Assembly (NCBI GenBank): GCA_044892525.1 | Contig: CM097888.1 | Coordinates: 36,704,001-36,768,000, forward strand | Length of the DNA: 64,000 nt | Direction of reading: 5' to 3' | Source: Schmidtea polychroa | Taxonomy: Eukaryota | Shown: in pieces, positions 10,700 through 22,259 of the stretch | Layout: each line of letters opens with the position of its first letter | Numbering within the stretch: the stretch's first letter is position 1 | The notes under the pieces: generated by a model | The model's input: the letters and a program-made list of their open reading frames with translations, nothing else | The model's database searches: none | Told to the model about the DNA's origin: nothing | Position numbers and translations under genes: made by a program

Positions 10700-11750
10700 G
10701 GAATAAAGCTTCAGGAACATTTTGGAGCCAATTCGTCTATAAGCTGTCAGTAGTTTTCAGTTTTTCTTTTTCACAAAAAACCATCCACAGCGTGTCAAAA
10801 TGCTTGACAGAATTTCTTCTCTCGCACAATCATATTTTTCCCAGTTCTTTAGACTACAGCATCAGTGTGATTTGGATACAAAATATTTTACAACTTTAGA
10901 TCTGGTTTATGAGCACTATCAAGTACAATTAAACAAAGCTGATATTATACATTTCCGTTCCTTGTATGAATTCAATAGGTTAATCTCAAGTCATCAGGGT
11001 AGATTACCATGACATCTCAGGAATGTGGAAGAAATTCAATGGCTGTGATCATTTATGATCTATTGATTTGGCTCGAAATTGCTGAAAAGGTCAGCATGCA
11101 ATTAAACATTCAGTTTTAAATACACCTTTATATAATCCAATTAGATGATAAACTTTCTTTTTTGTCATATTATCTGGGCTTTTTGAAATATTTTGCTTTT
11201 GTAAATCCTTTTCAGACTTGTGGTAGTTCATACATGCTTTGATTATCAATCGCATGATTTACCGAGAGAATTTGTGGTCAAAATATCTACCGAATGAGCT
11301 TTTGAAGTCGATTGGCGGTGTTCTTAAATTGGTGAACTATACAAAATAAAGTATTTGCTGCATCATATACCTGTAAGAAGGATCTCAAAAGGAAAAGTAT
11401 TTGTATGATTTATCTCTTTGCAAAGTTACTTTTCACAGCCATATTTTTGAAAAATTGAACGTTTGAAATTCGATACGAAAAGAAACAAACGAAAGTCTAA
11501 TTAGATGTACAGTCAAATTGAGATCTTTCACCGAAAGTTAGAACTGTGGAAAATGATATTATACATTTTTCAGAAAGTTCAAAGATTTATCAGATTTATC
11601 AGTGCAAGAAAACCTCTGAATCATTACTCTGGATCTTTACCATTACTTTATTTTCAATTGTTTGAGTGGGTCATCAATTCCTTTCTAAGAAACAACGATA
11701 CACATTTTTTGTTGAAACTCTTATAGGGTATATCGTGGAACAAATTCTTT
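10700..11750 (+). pseudogene. heavily degraded hAT (Charlie/GTF2IRD2-like) transposase remnant
   Basis: Fragmentary reading ..EKLN..KLRSF..LELWK resembles the hAT C-terminal half; many stops. Confidence 0.3.
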
Positions 11751-12037
11751 TTGGCCAATGAGGCGTAAAATGAAAAAAATAGGTTTGGCCGAGACTATTC
11801 TAAAATATCCATTAATTTTCATCAGCTTACAATTTTGCCACCTCAACAATTAAAACTAAATTAGAAATTTCTTGGTCAAAAAATGACCCTATGAAAGCTT
11901 AAAGGTTAGAATGACTATCAATTTTATTTACGCGCTAAATTTTCATTATTTAATTGCCCGAACAAAAAATTCAAAAATCAATTAATAATAAATAATTCGA
12001 CATATAATAATATATTTTTTGCAATGTTAAATATTAG

Positions 12038-13207
12038 ATGGGAATTTCAGATTCTAAGATTGTGTCGAAAAAAATAGAAAAAAGCATTATAAAATGCCCA
12101 ATTGAGACTACAGAAATTATTGCTTCAGATTGTGAGAGCATTGTAAATAATCAAATCCAGAAGCAAAATGTTTTTAGTGTAACCAACGTGAATACTTTGA
12201 CATCCAACCAGTCCATAGACTCTATAAGCAATCTCTCATTTCTGCATTCAGATTATATCAATAGTCCCATAAATCCTTCGAATGATATTAAAAAAAGACC
12301 TGTAATTCAAAACATTAACAGCAAGATTGAACTCCTGGACACTAGTCTCAGTGATCACAATTTATCCCTTGACGATTTCTCTTCTTCTGAAACTTCAACT
12401 GATAGCAAAACTAGTTCTGAAGATGAAAGTGTTGAATCTAAATCGGTACAATCGAATAACTCTTCCCCAGCTTCCAGTGATAAATCAAATAATTCCTTAT
12501 CGGAAAATTCGCATATTTGTTTTAATCAAGGGTTCATTAACTCGTTCAAAGAAAGATATTCTAAAAGTAGGAGTCCGATTTCAGTAAATAGATCGAAAGA
12601 TAAAAATACAGAAAAAGTTAAAAATTTGGACGGGGAAGACAGTTTTACAGAAGTTACAAACATGTTACCTAATGACCATCATAGAAACCTATTCAACAGT
12701 AGGGACCGTGAAATTAAGTCTTTCAAAGAAACATCATTAAAGATTGTTAGTAGCGAAAAAGATTCTGATAAATCTGCAATTAATAATTCTCTAAAAGTGG
12801 GGGAACTTGTTAAAGAAAAGCAATCTAAATCAGTTCCGATATCCAAATCGGATATGAGTAACAGTTTATGTGCTACAAAAATGAATAATTCTTTAAGTAC
12901 AAATATTAATGACTGTAAACCTGGTTTCAAATGTTTGTGTTATAAATTTTGGGTAGACGCTACTTTTGACACTTGGAAGGTATTTCATAATCCCAGAGAT
13001 AGAAGGATTGAATCTATTGGAAGGTTATCAAATTGTCAAATTCGATTGACTAAAATTACTCAAAGAAGTTCAAAGGGTATGTTAAAAAGACAAGTATTCG
13101 TATATGCTTCCTCCCTTTCGGCATTGGAGAAGTGTTGTAAATTATTCGATGATAAATTTGCCAACTTTTGTGCTTCTTCCGGTTTGAGTATGGATAATTC
13201 AGTGTGA
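12038..13207 (+). CDS. Ser/Asn-rich disordered protein with a C-terminal degenerate KH-like domain
   Basis: 389-aa ORF; C-terminal YKFWV..RRIESIGRLSNCQIRLT..RQVFVYASSLSALEKCCKLFDDKF has type-I KH beta-alpha-alpha-beta-beta-alpha pattern without GxxG; may be a terminal exon (TTAG immediately before ATG). Confidence 0.6.
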   Translation: MGISDSKIVSKKIEKSIIKCPIETTEIIASDCESIVNNQIQKQNVFSVTNVNTLTSNQSIDSISNLSFLHSDYINSPINPSNDIKKRPVIQNINSKIELLDTSLSDHNLSLDDFSSSETSTDSKTSSEDESVESKSVQSNNSSPASSDKSNNSLSENSHICFNQGFINSFKERYSKSRSPISVNRSKDKNTEKVKNLDGEDSFTEVTNMLPNDHHRNLFNSRDREIKSFKETSLKIVSSEKDSDKSAINNSLKVGELVKEKQSKSVPISKSDMSNSLCATKMNNSLSTNINDCKPGFKCLCYKFWVDATFDTWKVFHNPRDRRIESIGRLSNCQIRLTKITQRSSKGMLKRQVFVYASSLSALEKCCKLFDDKFANFCASSGLSMDNSV

Positions 13208-13667
13208 AATGAGTTGACAGATGTGTAGGAAACATTGATTGTAATCAAATTAAGTAAAATTAAATTTTTTAATGAGCAAATCTTTTAATCTTTCAAAACA
13301 AGTGTTTCTGAAAAGAATCTAAATTTGGCCGAAATTATTCTTTACGGAATAAAAATACATAATAATATTAGGATTTTAGTAAGGTGCAATGCATATGTAT
13401 TTCATTTGATTAATTTATAGTACACATTAATTAACCAATTTGATTTTAGGGAATTTATGATTAATTTCAACTGAAATTGGTCTGTTTAACATAAAATATT
13501 TCGATATACAATTGGGATTATATATATATATATATATATATAGCATAAGTAAGCGCCAAAAACATTCGTTTTACGAAATATTTCGACAGTTTTCCAGCCA
13601 TCATCAGATAGAATATAATAACTATAGAAATTATAGATTTTTGAACAAATTTATTAATTATATTAAT

Positions 13668-14213
13668 TACAAGCTGTTGTACCCGGCTTCGCCCGAGTTT
13701 ACATTTATTGTAATAATTTATTTAAATTAATTTTTTGTTTAATGATGTTATTACGTTCCAGTATTAATTTTATAACAGCTTCAATTCCATGTTTAATTCA
13801 CAATATGAAAAGCTTTCAAAATAAATTTCAATTTGTAAAATCGAAAAGCACTCCAATTTAAATCGGAAAATAACTGGCAATATTTTTCCAATTGCAAACT
13901 GGTTCACTAATCAAATAAAATTCAAATTCTCCATGTTTGAATTCTGATTTGAAAACTTTTGACTAAATTATATTACTTTCAACTGCAAGTAGCAAGCATC
14001 TAATCAATTATTATTTATATGGTAAATTGCTGACCGGACAGACAAGCAAACCGACTTAGGCTACCTTAGGGGTGGTCACCTGGGGTTGAAACATAGCATA
14101 TGACCTGTCCCGAGTTAAATTAGGCTCACATGCAAAATTTCAGCACCCTAGGTCCAATAGTGGGAATTATATGGGTAACAAACAAACAAACTTTCATCTT
14201 TAAATATTAGATA
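13668..14213 (+). mobile_element. non-autonomous Helitron-like (Lep1/HINE-type) element
   Basis: 5' AGCTGTTGTACCCGGCTTCGCCCG; internal catgcaaaatttcag; 3' caaacaaacaaactttcatctttaaatattagat. Confidence 0.55.
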
Positions 14214-14379
14214 TCAATCTTTAATAAAAATATTTTATTCTGTAAAAATTATAATTCAAATAATAAAATTTTTTTTAATTATAGCAAGTTTAAAATATTG
14301 AAATTCAAAATTATCCAATTTAATAATTTAATACTTATTTAATTTAACAACAACAACCATACATACAATATACAAAAAA

Positions 14380-14520
14380 CTATTTAAAAACATTTAAAAC
14401 ACAAGTATTCACTGCATTTTGCACATTAATTTTCGGATCCAATGACTTTATCAATAACACTTCACAATTTACACGTTCGCAATAATTATTGAAATTTTTA
14501 ATAAAATTTTAAAATCAGAC
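14380..14520 (-). mobile_element. Penelope-like 3' end fragment
   Basis: Homologous to 18040-18180 (ttattcactgcatt..cacattaatttt..ttatcaataa..cttcaca). Confidence 0.5.
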
Positions 14521-14787
14521 ATACCTATTTTTCTCTTACAGCTCTTATTGTTATTATTATTCTTCTTTGTACTAATTAATTAGTAATGACCTTGGTTTTT
14601 GTTTTCTTGTTTAATTTCTTTTGACGATCTTCCTCCAGGTAATTTTATTTATTATAAATTTGTTATTTAGGTATCCTCAACAATATTAATATTATACGTT
14701 AATTGATTTGTTGTTTAATTTTAAGGTAATATATAACATAAATTTCAATAGTAAATTCGTTTAAATTTAAAATGTCAATTTTTCAAG

Positions 14788-16445
14788 TCATGACCTCAAA
14801 AATATACGGGGAAAAATCTGATGTTTGGACTTATTTTAAAAAGTTACATAACTATAAAGAAGAAGTTTGTACTAAATGTGGTACTACAAGCTTTTAACCC
14901 CCCTATTAACGTTTCAGCCCCTCCTCAATTAATCAATATTTAAAAATTAATTAAAATACAGATTATCATACAAGATATTTTGTCCGCCTAAGGGTATTCC
15001 TTACCAGGGTACTGCTCACACTCCACATATCGCAAGGATATATTATATTTATCAATATTATTATTAATTAATTATTACAATGTTCAATTTTTTTTAATTA
15101 AAAACAAATCTTTTATTAATCACAAGGAATTTATATGAATTTATATAAATTCCTTATGGTTAATAAAAGATTTGCTGGTTAATAGGGAGCTGAAATCTAG
15201 TAGTACCCTAAATATTCAAAGTTTATTGGATGAAAAGGATCAACTACCCCTCCCTTAATTAATCATCTAGAAACACATGACATCGCAATTACTAAATCTA
15301 TTGTTGAACAAGAAACGCTAATAAAAAAAGTATAAAATTGAGGATCGCACAATTTTAGATATCATAAAAAAATCATCGCTGAGTGAAATACTATCCCAAT
15401 ATGCTGCTAAAGTGTGTCCATTCGTACAATTAGATATTCAGAAGCAGTTAAGGGCTATGTTGTATATAAGAAGTCTAAGATGCCAGCAAGTGAAGCCACC
15501 ATCTAGAAATATGTTTACGATTATTTTAATGAAAAAAAATCAAATGACCACGCTATTTGACTAGTACAAAATGGGAAATGAAACGTTTTCTCTAACTGTG
15601 GATAAATGGGCTGACATCAGCGTTATACGATTTTTAAATGAAATCATACGAACTTATGATAGCATCTAAAAATTACATGAGAGTTTTATGTTATGTTTAG
15701 TCGATATTAAAGAAAAAGCGGATGCTTAAACCACTGAAATATACGTCAAATGCGCTTAGAATTTGACAGCGATATGGAATCAGATATTGTAGCATCTAGT
15801 CATGATAGGGCGGCTGTCATGGTTAGATATGGCAATAATACATGTGGCAATTGTGCCATAATCACGCATGGCACCTAGCAGTTTATGATTCTTTGTATAG
15901 CAAGGAAATATCTGATGATACTTTTGTTGAACAATATCTAAAATCTGATAATGACATTTCAATGAGCAAATCAGAATAAAGTAAAATTGAAGATGATTTC
16001 AGTAACAGCCATGATATCAGCACTGACACTAAGTCAATTTATCATCATGCAATCTTTCCATTCGAGAATGATAACGATAATTTTATTTTGTCTACGGAAG
16101 AATCCTGTCTACTGGAGCTCAATGTATAAATTTCTTCTATTATAAACAAGGTACGGAAAATAGTAAATATTTTTCAAAAATCTCCAGCCAAAAATATTAA
16201 ATTTTAAAAATATGTGATCGAGCAGGGAAATAAAAAACTTAAATTTTTTATCGACTTAATAAACAAGATAGAATTCGATGACTATGATGGTGCGAAGATT
16301 TTTTCGCCTTAAAGATTGCGTTAATCACGCATTAGTTTATCTAGGTTATGAAACTGTGACTGAGAATGAATCCACTTTTTTACATAAAGTGCTTGTTGTA
16401 CTGACTCCGCTTGAAATTGCAGTCAAAGAACTTAGTAAAGTTGCA
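14788..16445 (+). pseudogene. degraded BED-finger hAT transposase
   Basis: SDVWTYFKK, GSTT..LINHLETH, FSLTVDKW, IINKVRKIVNIF, RFFRLKDCV..LTPLEIAVKELSK; candidate right end cgtgacgtaattatgcaataaccc near 16764-16787. Confidence 0.7.
14880..15207. mobile_element. MITE (328 bp), second copy, inserted in the BED finger
   Basis: TIR GGTACTAC..CCCTATT; TSD CTAAATGT/CTAAATAT; inverted copy of 9419-9747 with the same flanks. Confidence 0.8.
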
Positions 16446-17029
16446 TTTTACGTCACGCTAAAAATGACCATTTTTGATTCACCCTGTCACTTTTGGTCAC
16501 ATTTCTGTTGACCCACCCCGACATAGTGACGTCATTTTATTGTTCACTAAATGAGGTAGCCTAGTGGTACCATACGGTCCTCTAGAATGCTTATGAGCTT
16601 CCTGTAGCAGCAATAATTGTAAGTCATCGTTGTCTAGTCAAAGTATCAGCATCACTGTAGCATAGTAGCAGAGAAAGATTGTTGCAATAATAATTCTTGT
16701 GGTCCATAAAATGCAACTAGCGAGATGTCATATCCAGGTCAACTCATCCCTCCACCCTCGACCGTGACGTAATTATGCAATAACCCATAATTTAAATCGC
16801 GGGAAATAATTAAAAAAAGGATCTTTGTTACTTAGATTCGTTCTAAAAAACAACAATCTAAAATCGAATATTATGATCACGAAAATCGAATGAAAGCAAA
16901 GAAAATAAATCTTAAAATTTTATTAAATTTTAAAATAATAAATTTTAAATAACATTAAATTCTATTTTCTAAACAAACAAATGAAAATGCAACTATTTAT
17001 ATATATAAATAATTGAAACTATCGTTTAA

Positions 17030-17310
17030 TTAGTTATCCTGTGTGACTTCTTGATATTCGACTTCGAAGCTTTTTAATAAATTATTTTCTAGGCCATTAA
17101 TTATAGATGCATCCAAGTCACCAACTCCTGAAGTGATTACATTAAGAGAATTTAAACAAATAAACATTTTACTCTCGTTAATATCATTCATATTGGTTTC
17201 ATAAAACGCGGTAAAAAATCCTGAACTAATAATGTCCTCTGATGACGGCAAATCATCCAGGTAATTCAGCGCACTTCCACAGAAATATTTCCCCGTGTAG
17301 TATATTTGCT
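17030..17310 (-). CDS. last two exons of an unidentified spliced gene (paralog of 8062-8345)
   Basis: KQIYYTGKYFCGSALNYLDDLP..FTAFYETNMNDINE / ~45-nt GT-AG intron at the same position / GVGDLDASII..YQEVTQDN*; further candidate exons to about 17870. Confidence 0.55.
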
Positions 17311-18039
17311 TGATATAAAAACCATAATTAATTAAAGTTAATCAAAGTCAATTATAATTAAATCTCGATTAAGGGAGTTTTTCAATTATAATTAAATCTC
17401 GATTAAGGGAGTTTTTCAATTGTGTTGTTAAATAAATCAATTTACCAAAAAGAAATCTCTAGACGAGTGTTGTTAAATAAATCAATTTTGTTTAAATTAT
17501 GCATGTATATTTATTTAGAACATTTGCACATAAACTGTAAGCTTTTTTATTTGAGCACGATCCAAATATATTCAGAAATTTAAATTTTTAAAAATTATTT
17601 GACAGAAATCTTTTTGTTAACTATTTTTAATCTTCAGAAAATATTCTTTGAAATTAACATAAAATAAAGAAACATTGCCAGGAATTCTAAATAGAGAGGT
17701 GGCAAAAATAATTTTTGTGTTAATTAAGCAAATTTATTTTTACTTAAATAAATACGGTAAAGACTTTATTAATAAAAATCACCATTCGTACATCTTTTTC
17801 ACTATATATTTCGATAGCATTACTATCATCATCAGGTTACCTACATTCATTAGGGATGAATAGCTATACATTATTGATAATTTATAAACAATTTATTAAA
17901 AAAAAATTTTGAAATTATAAACAACAATTTTAAATAAATATTTTCAAAAATAATTTTCAACAAGCAATTATTTTACACTTAAATATTATTTTAATTATTT
18001 TTTTAATTATTTAATATTACTATTATTAATATACATCAA

Positions 18040-18440
18040 AATACAAAAACACACTTATTCACTGCATTCTGCGCATTGATTTTAGGATTAAAAGTTCTTA
18101 TCAATAATGCTTCACATATCACACGCTCAAAACAATTATCAAAATTTTGTCAAAAAATTATCAAAAAAATCCGACATTCCAAATTCTCTCATAAGGACTT
18201 TATTATGATCCTTAATTTTGGACACTCCCTTCGGTCGACAGTGTTCTTGAACTCGAGTACAGAGATGACGAGAAGTCTCTCCATTGTATGTGGCATTACA
18301 CCCATTACACGTGAATTGATAAACGAGATCCGAACACAATCCAACCGGCGTTTGAGATTAACTAATAAACATACTACGTACTTTGCACGATTTTGAAACA
18401 ATTCTATAATTCAATCTACCCAGCTGTTTACCCATCTTTT
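18040..18440 (-). pseudogene. Penelope-like retroelement GIY-YIG endonuclease fragment
   Basis: SDLVYQFTCNGCNATYNGETSRHLCTRVQEH followed by LIIRTFNPKINAQ. Confidence 0.85.
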
Positions 18441-19062
18441 GAAATCTCTATATGCTTCAGAATAATAAAAATATATAACTAAACGACATGCGATTCTGAT
18501 GGCTTAAGTGTAAAAGTTTTGAAGCCTTTTCCTCGTCTCAGTTACATACTTCAATATCTAAAAACTAACTAAAAGGGTTAAAAGAAAAGTTCCAACCCAA
18601 CTGCGGATATGCGGAAATCCAATTCTGTCAATTAAAAATTAGAAACTTGATCAAAAGAATCCAGATCGATTAATTAAGTTTTTGTATGTTGATGGATATT
18701 CTTAAAAATGACTTAAGGTGTTAAAAGTAAGTTTTGAAAAGTAAGTATATCTCAGCCTAGCGTTTTCATATCGCTATTTCACTAGAAATTAAAGATTTTT
18801 AAACATCCCGATTCCCGGGATTTTAACTAATTTCCTATTGTATACTTAAATTTGAAATTAAGTAAAATCTAACAGAGGTATAATTATTTCATGTATTTTA
18901 ACAAAAAAATGTTGAACTAAGAGCACTCTAACAATGAGTGGACGAAATGAAATATTATTTCGCCTTTTTAAATATTATGATTGACAGAAAATGTTCTTAT
19001 AAAAAATATAGTAAATTTCATAAATTCACACAAATACTTTTCACTTCTTACCCTATAATGTA

Positions 19063-19501
19063 ATGAGTAAGCAATCACCCGTATTAAAACATTTTACGGA
19101 GATAACTGGAACTGAAACCGCCAAATGCAAAGCTTGTGCAAAATCGATCCATTGCAAGGAATTTTTAACGAGTGGTTTGATATGACATTTTTGTACTCAG
19201 CATGGCATATTATCAACATGGCTTATTTTCCAACCTGAAGTTAATGAGAGTCCAAATGAACCGTTATCAAGTAAGAGACCAAAATTTCAATTAACATTAG
19301 ATAAATTGACCAAAAAGAAATCTCTAGACGAAATCCTTGCGAGCTTAGCACCAGCAGATGGATTCTTTAACAATTCTATTAAAATTCAAAATACTTTCAT
19401 TGTCTGAAAAAGGGTACCAATTACCTAAAACGAATAAAGCTAACGCTCAGTTTTGTGCTCAAAAATAGTAAAGTTTTGTAAGAAGTTCAATGTCAGAAGA
19501 A
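19063..19501 (+). pseudogene. BED-finger hAT transposase 5' remnant running into an assembly gap
   Basis: MSKQSPVLKHF..AKCKAC..TSGL.*HF..QHG; LAPADGF; upstream cccgattcccgggat hAT-type subterminal motif near 18808-18822. Confidence 0.65.
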
Positions 19502-20129
19502 NNNNNNNNNNNNNNNNNNNNNNNNNNNNNNNNNNNNNNNNNNNNNNNNNNNNNNNNNNNNNNNNNNNNNNNNNNNNNNNNNNNNNNNNNNNNNNNNNNN
19601 NNNNNNNNNNNNNNNNNNNNNNNNNNNNNNNNNNNNNNNNNNNNNNNNNNNNNNNNNNNNNNNNNNNNNNNNNNNNNNNNNNNNNNNNNNNNNNNNNNNN
19701 NNNNNNNNNNNNNNNNNNNNNNNNNNNNNNNNNNNNNTTGATTGAAATAGTTAAAAAGTTGAGATAGCTAATAAATTTGGAAAATAAAAAGTAAGAAAAA
19801 ATCTTATTTAAATATTTTCACATTTATAATTTTATAATTTCAAATAAGATTTTATGAATTTTTTTTTCAAAATTCTGATTATCAACACTACTAAACGTAT
19901 AATATTATTAATTATCATTAATTAATTATTATTAATTAATTATTATTATTAATTATTATTAATTCAAATTTTATTGGAAATAAAACTTTCAGAGTACATT
20001 ATATTTTATATTTATTTAAAAGTATGATTCTTATTTTCCTTGTCTCTCCTGTGCACAAAAATGAGTTTTATATTGAAAAATAAAGTTTATATAACCTTGT
20101 CATCCTTGTGTTATCTTATAACTTATAAC

Positions 20130-21889
20130 TAGGGCAACCCAAAAGTTGCAAAAAAAAGTTGCAAAAAAACTTAAAAAGTTGCAAAAAAACTTAAAAAGTT
20201 GCAAAAGTTGCAATAAAAGCTGACTATAAAATAATATTAAATTTTTTATTATTTACTACAAAATATAAATATAAAATCATTAACGTAGAATTCCTTTGTA
20301 AACGGGAAAACAAGCAAAAATTCTTGATAATTCTTTGGTCTAATGTTTCGGATCAAATTGTTTTTATTCATCAACTGAATTGAAATAGCAGATAAAGTAA
20401 TACGGAATATTATTTCCGTTATAATTCCTGTCCTCTCTTAACATTCTTTTCAGCATTGAAAAGCTCCTTTCCACGTCAATTGACGTTGGCTGGCAATTTT
20501 TTAACTGAGAATATGTTGCTGGCGAAATTTTGTCGTTAGACAACTCCAAAATGTTGTTTAAGTCGTTTTTAAACATTCTTTCCTGAATATAAGATTTCAA
20601 ATTACAAGGGTCGTCTTTGAAGTCGAATTCATTTATTCTTTTAAATGCACTTTCAATTGAATGTTTTGAATCTTCAAGCTCATCAGCCAATACAACTAAC
20701 CCCCTGTAACAATTAAATATTTCTTCCAACTCTTTTGTTATCGTTTCTTTAAAAATAGCCGTTTTCGCATTTTCGATCAATATTCCCTTTTGAGTTATTT
20801 CCTTGAAATGTAATTTTATTTCTGGCAGTATTTTAGAATAAATTAATGCAGCGCCAAGCCAACTTGACCATCGTGTTACAATAACATCTGGAATATTGCC
20901 TGCCTTAGAAAGAATTCTTTTATTTTCTTTATTTTTTGCCGTTATTGACTTAATCGCAGAAATCATATTATCAGCATCTTTGTAGTGAATTTTTAATCGC
21001 ATTGCACAATTATGAATTAGGTGCGCAATACATTTAATTGAGAAAAGGTTTGGATGCACGATTTTTAAATGATCGGCTGCTTTTCGCATGTAGCTAGCAT
21101 CGTCGCTTAACAACAGCAAAAATTGTTTACTTTCAATTTCAAGAATATCAAATGTTTCATTTATAATGTTGACTACAATTTGGTGGGTTATCGGAGCTTT
21201 CAGGTGTATTAAATTGGCCACGTAAACAACTTTAGGAGATTCGATTGTTCCTATTAATACCATGGCGTATTTTTCTAAGTTGATTGAAGTTTCATCCACA
21301 ACAAGAAATATTTCTTTGTTTTTGACATAATCTTTCAATTTATTCAAAACTGCTGGGTATGTATTTTGAATAATGTATCTTCGCATACTCGATTCAGATG
21401 GAAGTGGATAGGTCATGAAATTAAAGAGCCTTTTGAGACTATTATTTCGTAGTTTGTGAAGCGGCAGGTCGATTGATATTAACGCGGTTGTTAATATTTC
21501 AAGAAATTCGCTCTTCTTCAAGCTTATAAAGTCTTGTTTAGCGGGTTCTTCGCTATTTAATTGGGATAATAAGGTGGAATGCTTAAAACTTCTTCGGTGT
21601 TTTTCAATCGTATATTTTCTTTTGTGGTCGACTGTTTTAGAACACAGATTGCAGTACAACTGATCGTTTGGGGCCATTACAAACTCCTTATTGTATAATG
21701 CACAGTATTTTCTAATGTTCGAATTATTTTTCATGGTAAAAAAAATTAAAAATCTATATATGAATATATAATTTTTAAATCAAAAAATCTATATATGAAT
21801 ATATAATTTTTAAATCAAAAAATTTCCAAAAAAAGTCAAAAGTTGCAAAAGTTGCAAAAAGTTGCAAAAAGTTACAATGGGTTGCCCTA
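20130..21889 (-). mobile_element. complete hAT element (1760 bp), CGGBP1-related group
   Basis: 12-bp TIR TAGGGCAACCCA; perfect 8-bp TSD CTTATAAC (20122-20129, 21890-21897); AAAAGTTGC subterminal arrays. Confidence 0.95.
20364..21734 (-). CDS. intact hAT transposase (456 aa)
   Basis: N-terminal C2H2 finger YCNLC..HKRKYTIEKH..KH; LVVDETS, LLSDDASYM, CIAH, TRWSS, VERSFS. Confidence 0.92.
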   Translation of the reverse strand: MKNNSNIRKYCALYNKEFVMAPNDQLYCNLCSKTVDHKRKYTIEKHRRSFKHSTLLSQLNSEEPAKQDFISLKKSEFLEILTTALISIDLPLHKLRNNSLKRLFNFMTYPLPSESSMRRYIIQNTYPAVLNKLKDYVKNKEIFLVVDETSINLEKYAMVLIGTIESPKVVYVANLIHLKAPITHQIVVNIINETFDILEIESKQFLLLLSDDASYMRKAADHLKIVHPNLFSIKCIAHLIHNCAMRLKIHYKDADNMISAIKSITAKNKENKRILSKAGNIPDVIVTRWSSWLGAALIYSKILPEIKLHFKEITQKGILIENAKTAIFKETITKELEEIFNCYRGLVVLADELEDSKHSIESAFKRINEFDFKDDPCNLKSYIQERMFKNDLNNILELSNDKISPATYSQLKNCQPTSIDVERSFSMLKRMLREDRNYNGNNIPYYFICYFNSVDE

Positions 21890-22259
21890 CTTATAACTTA
21901 TCGTATAAAATATTGCTTATGTAGAAATTTTTATAATATTTGTGATGTAGTCCATCATAATTATCTTTTGTTTTAAATGAGTATTAATCATATAAAAGGC
22001 ACTCGAAAAACACAAATTTTTGAAAAATGAAAAGGTTTGGAAATATGGCCAATTATCAACGATTCCTGTGACTTCAGTGGAGTTCGGAGGAATTTTTCAT
22101 CAGCCGGAAACTTTTACAATAAACTGAGATCTGATCTGAATGATGAAAAATTAAATCCATTGTGCTCTCTACATTTTCCTCTAGAAATCATTAAAAAATA
22201 AATATGTTTAATAAAATACAATTACTTTTGAACATGCAGAAATAACAGAAAAATATGAT

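Noticed and set aside
19453-19767. ORFs spanning N-runs (also 25407-25978, 34768-35393, 59082-59339)
   Set aside because: Open only because gaps contain no stops
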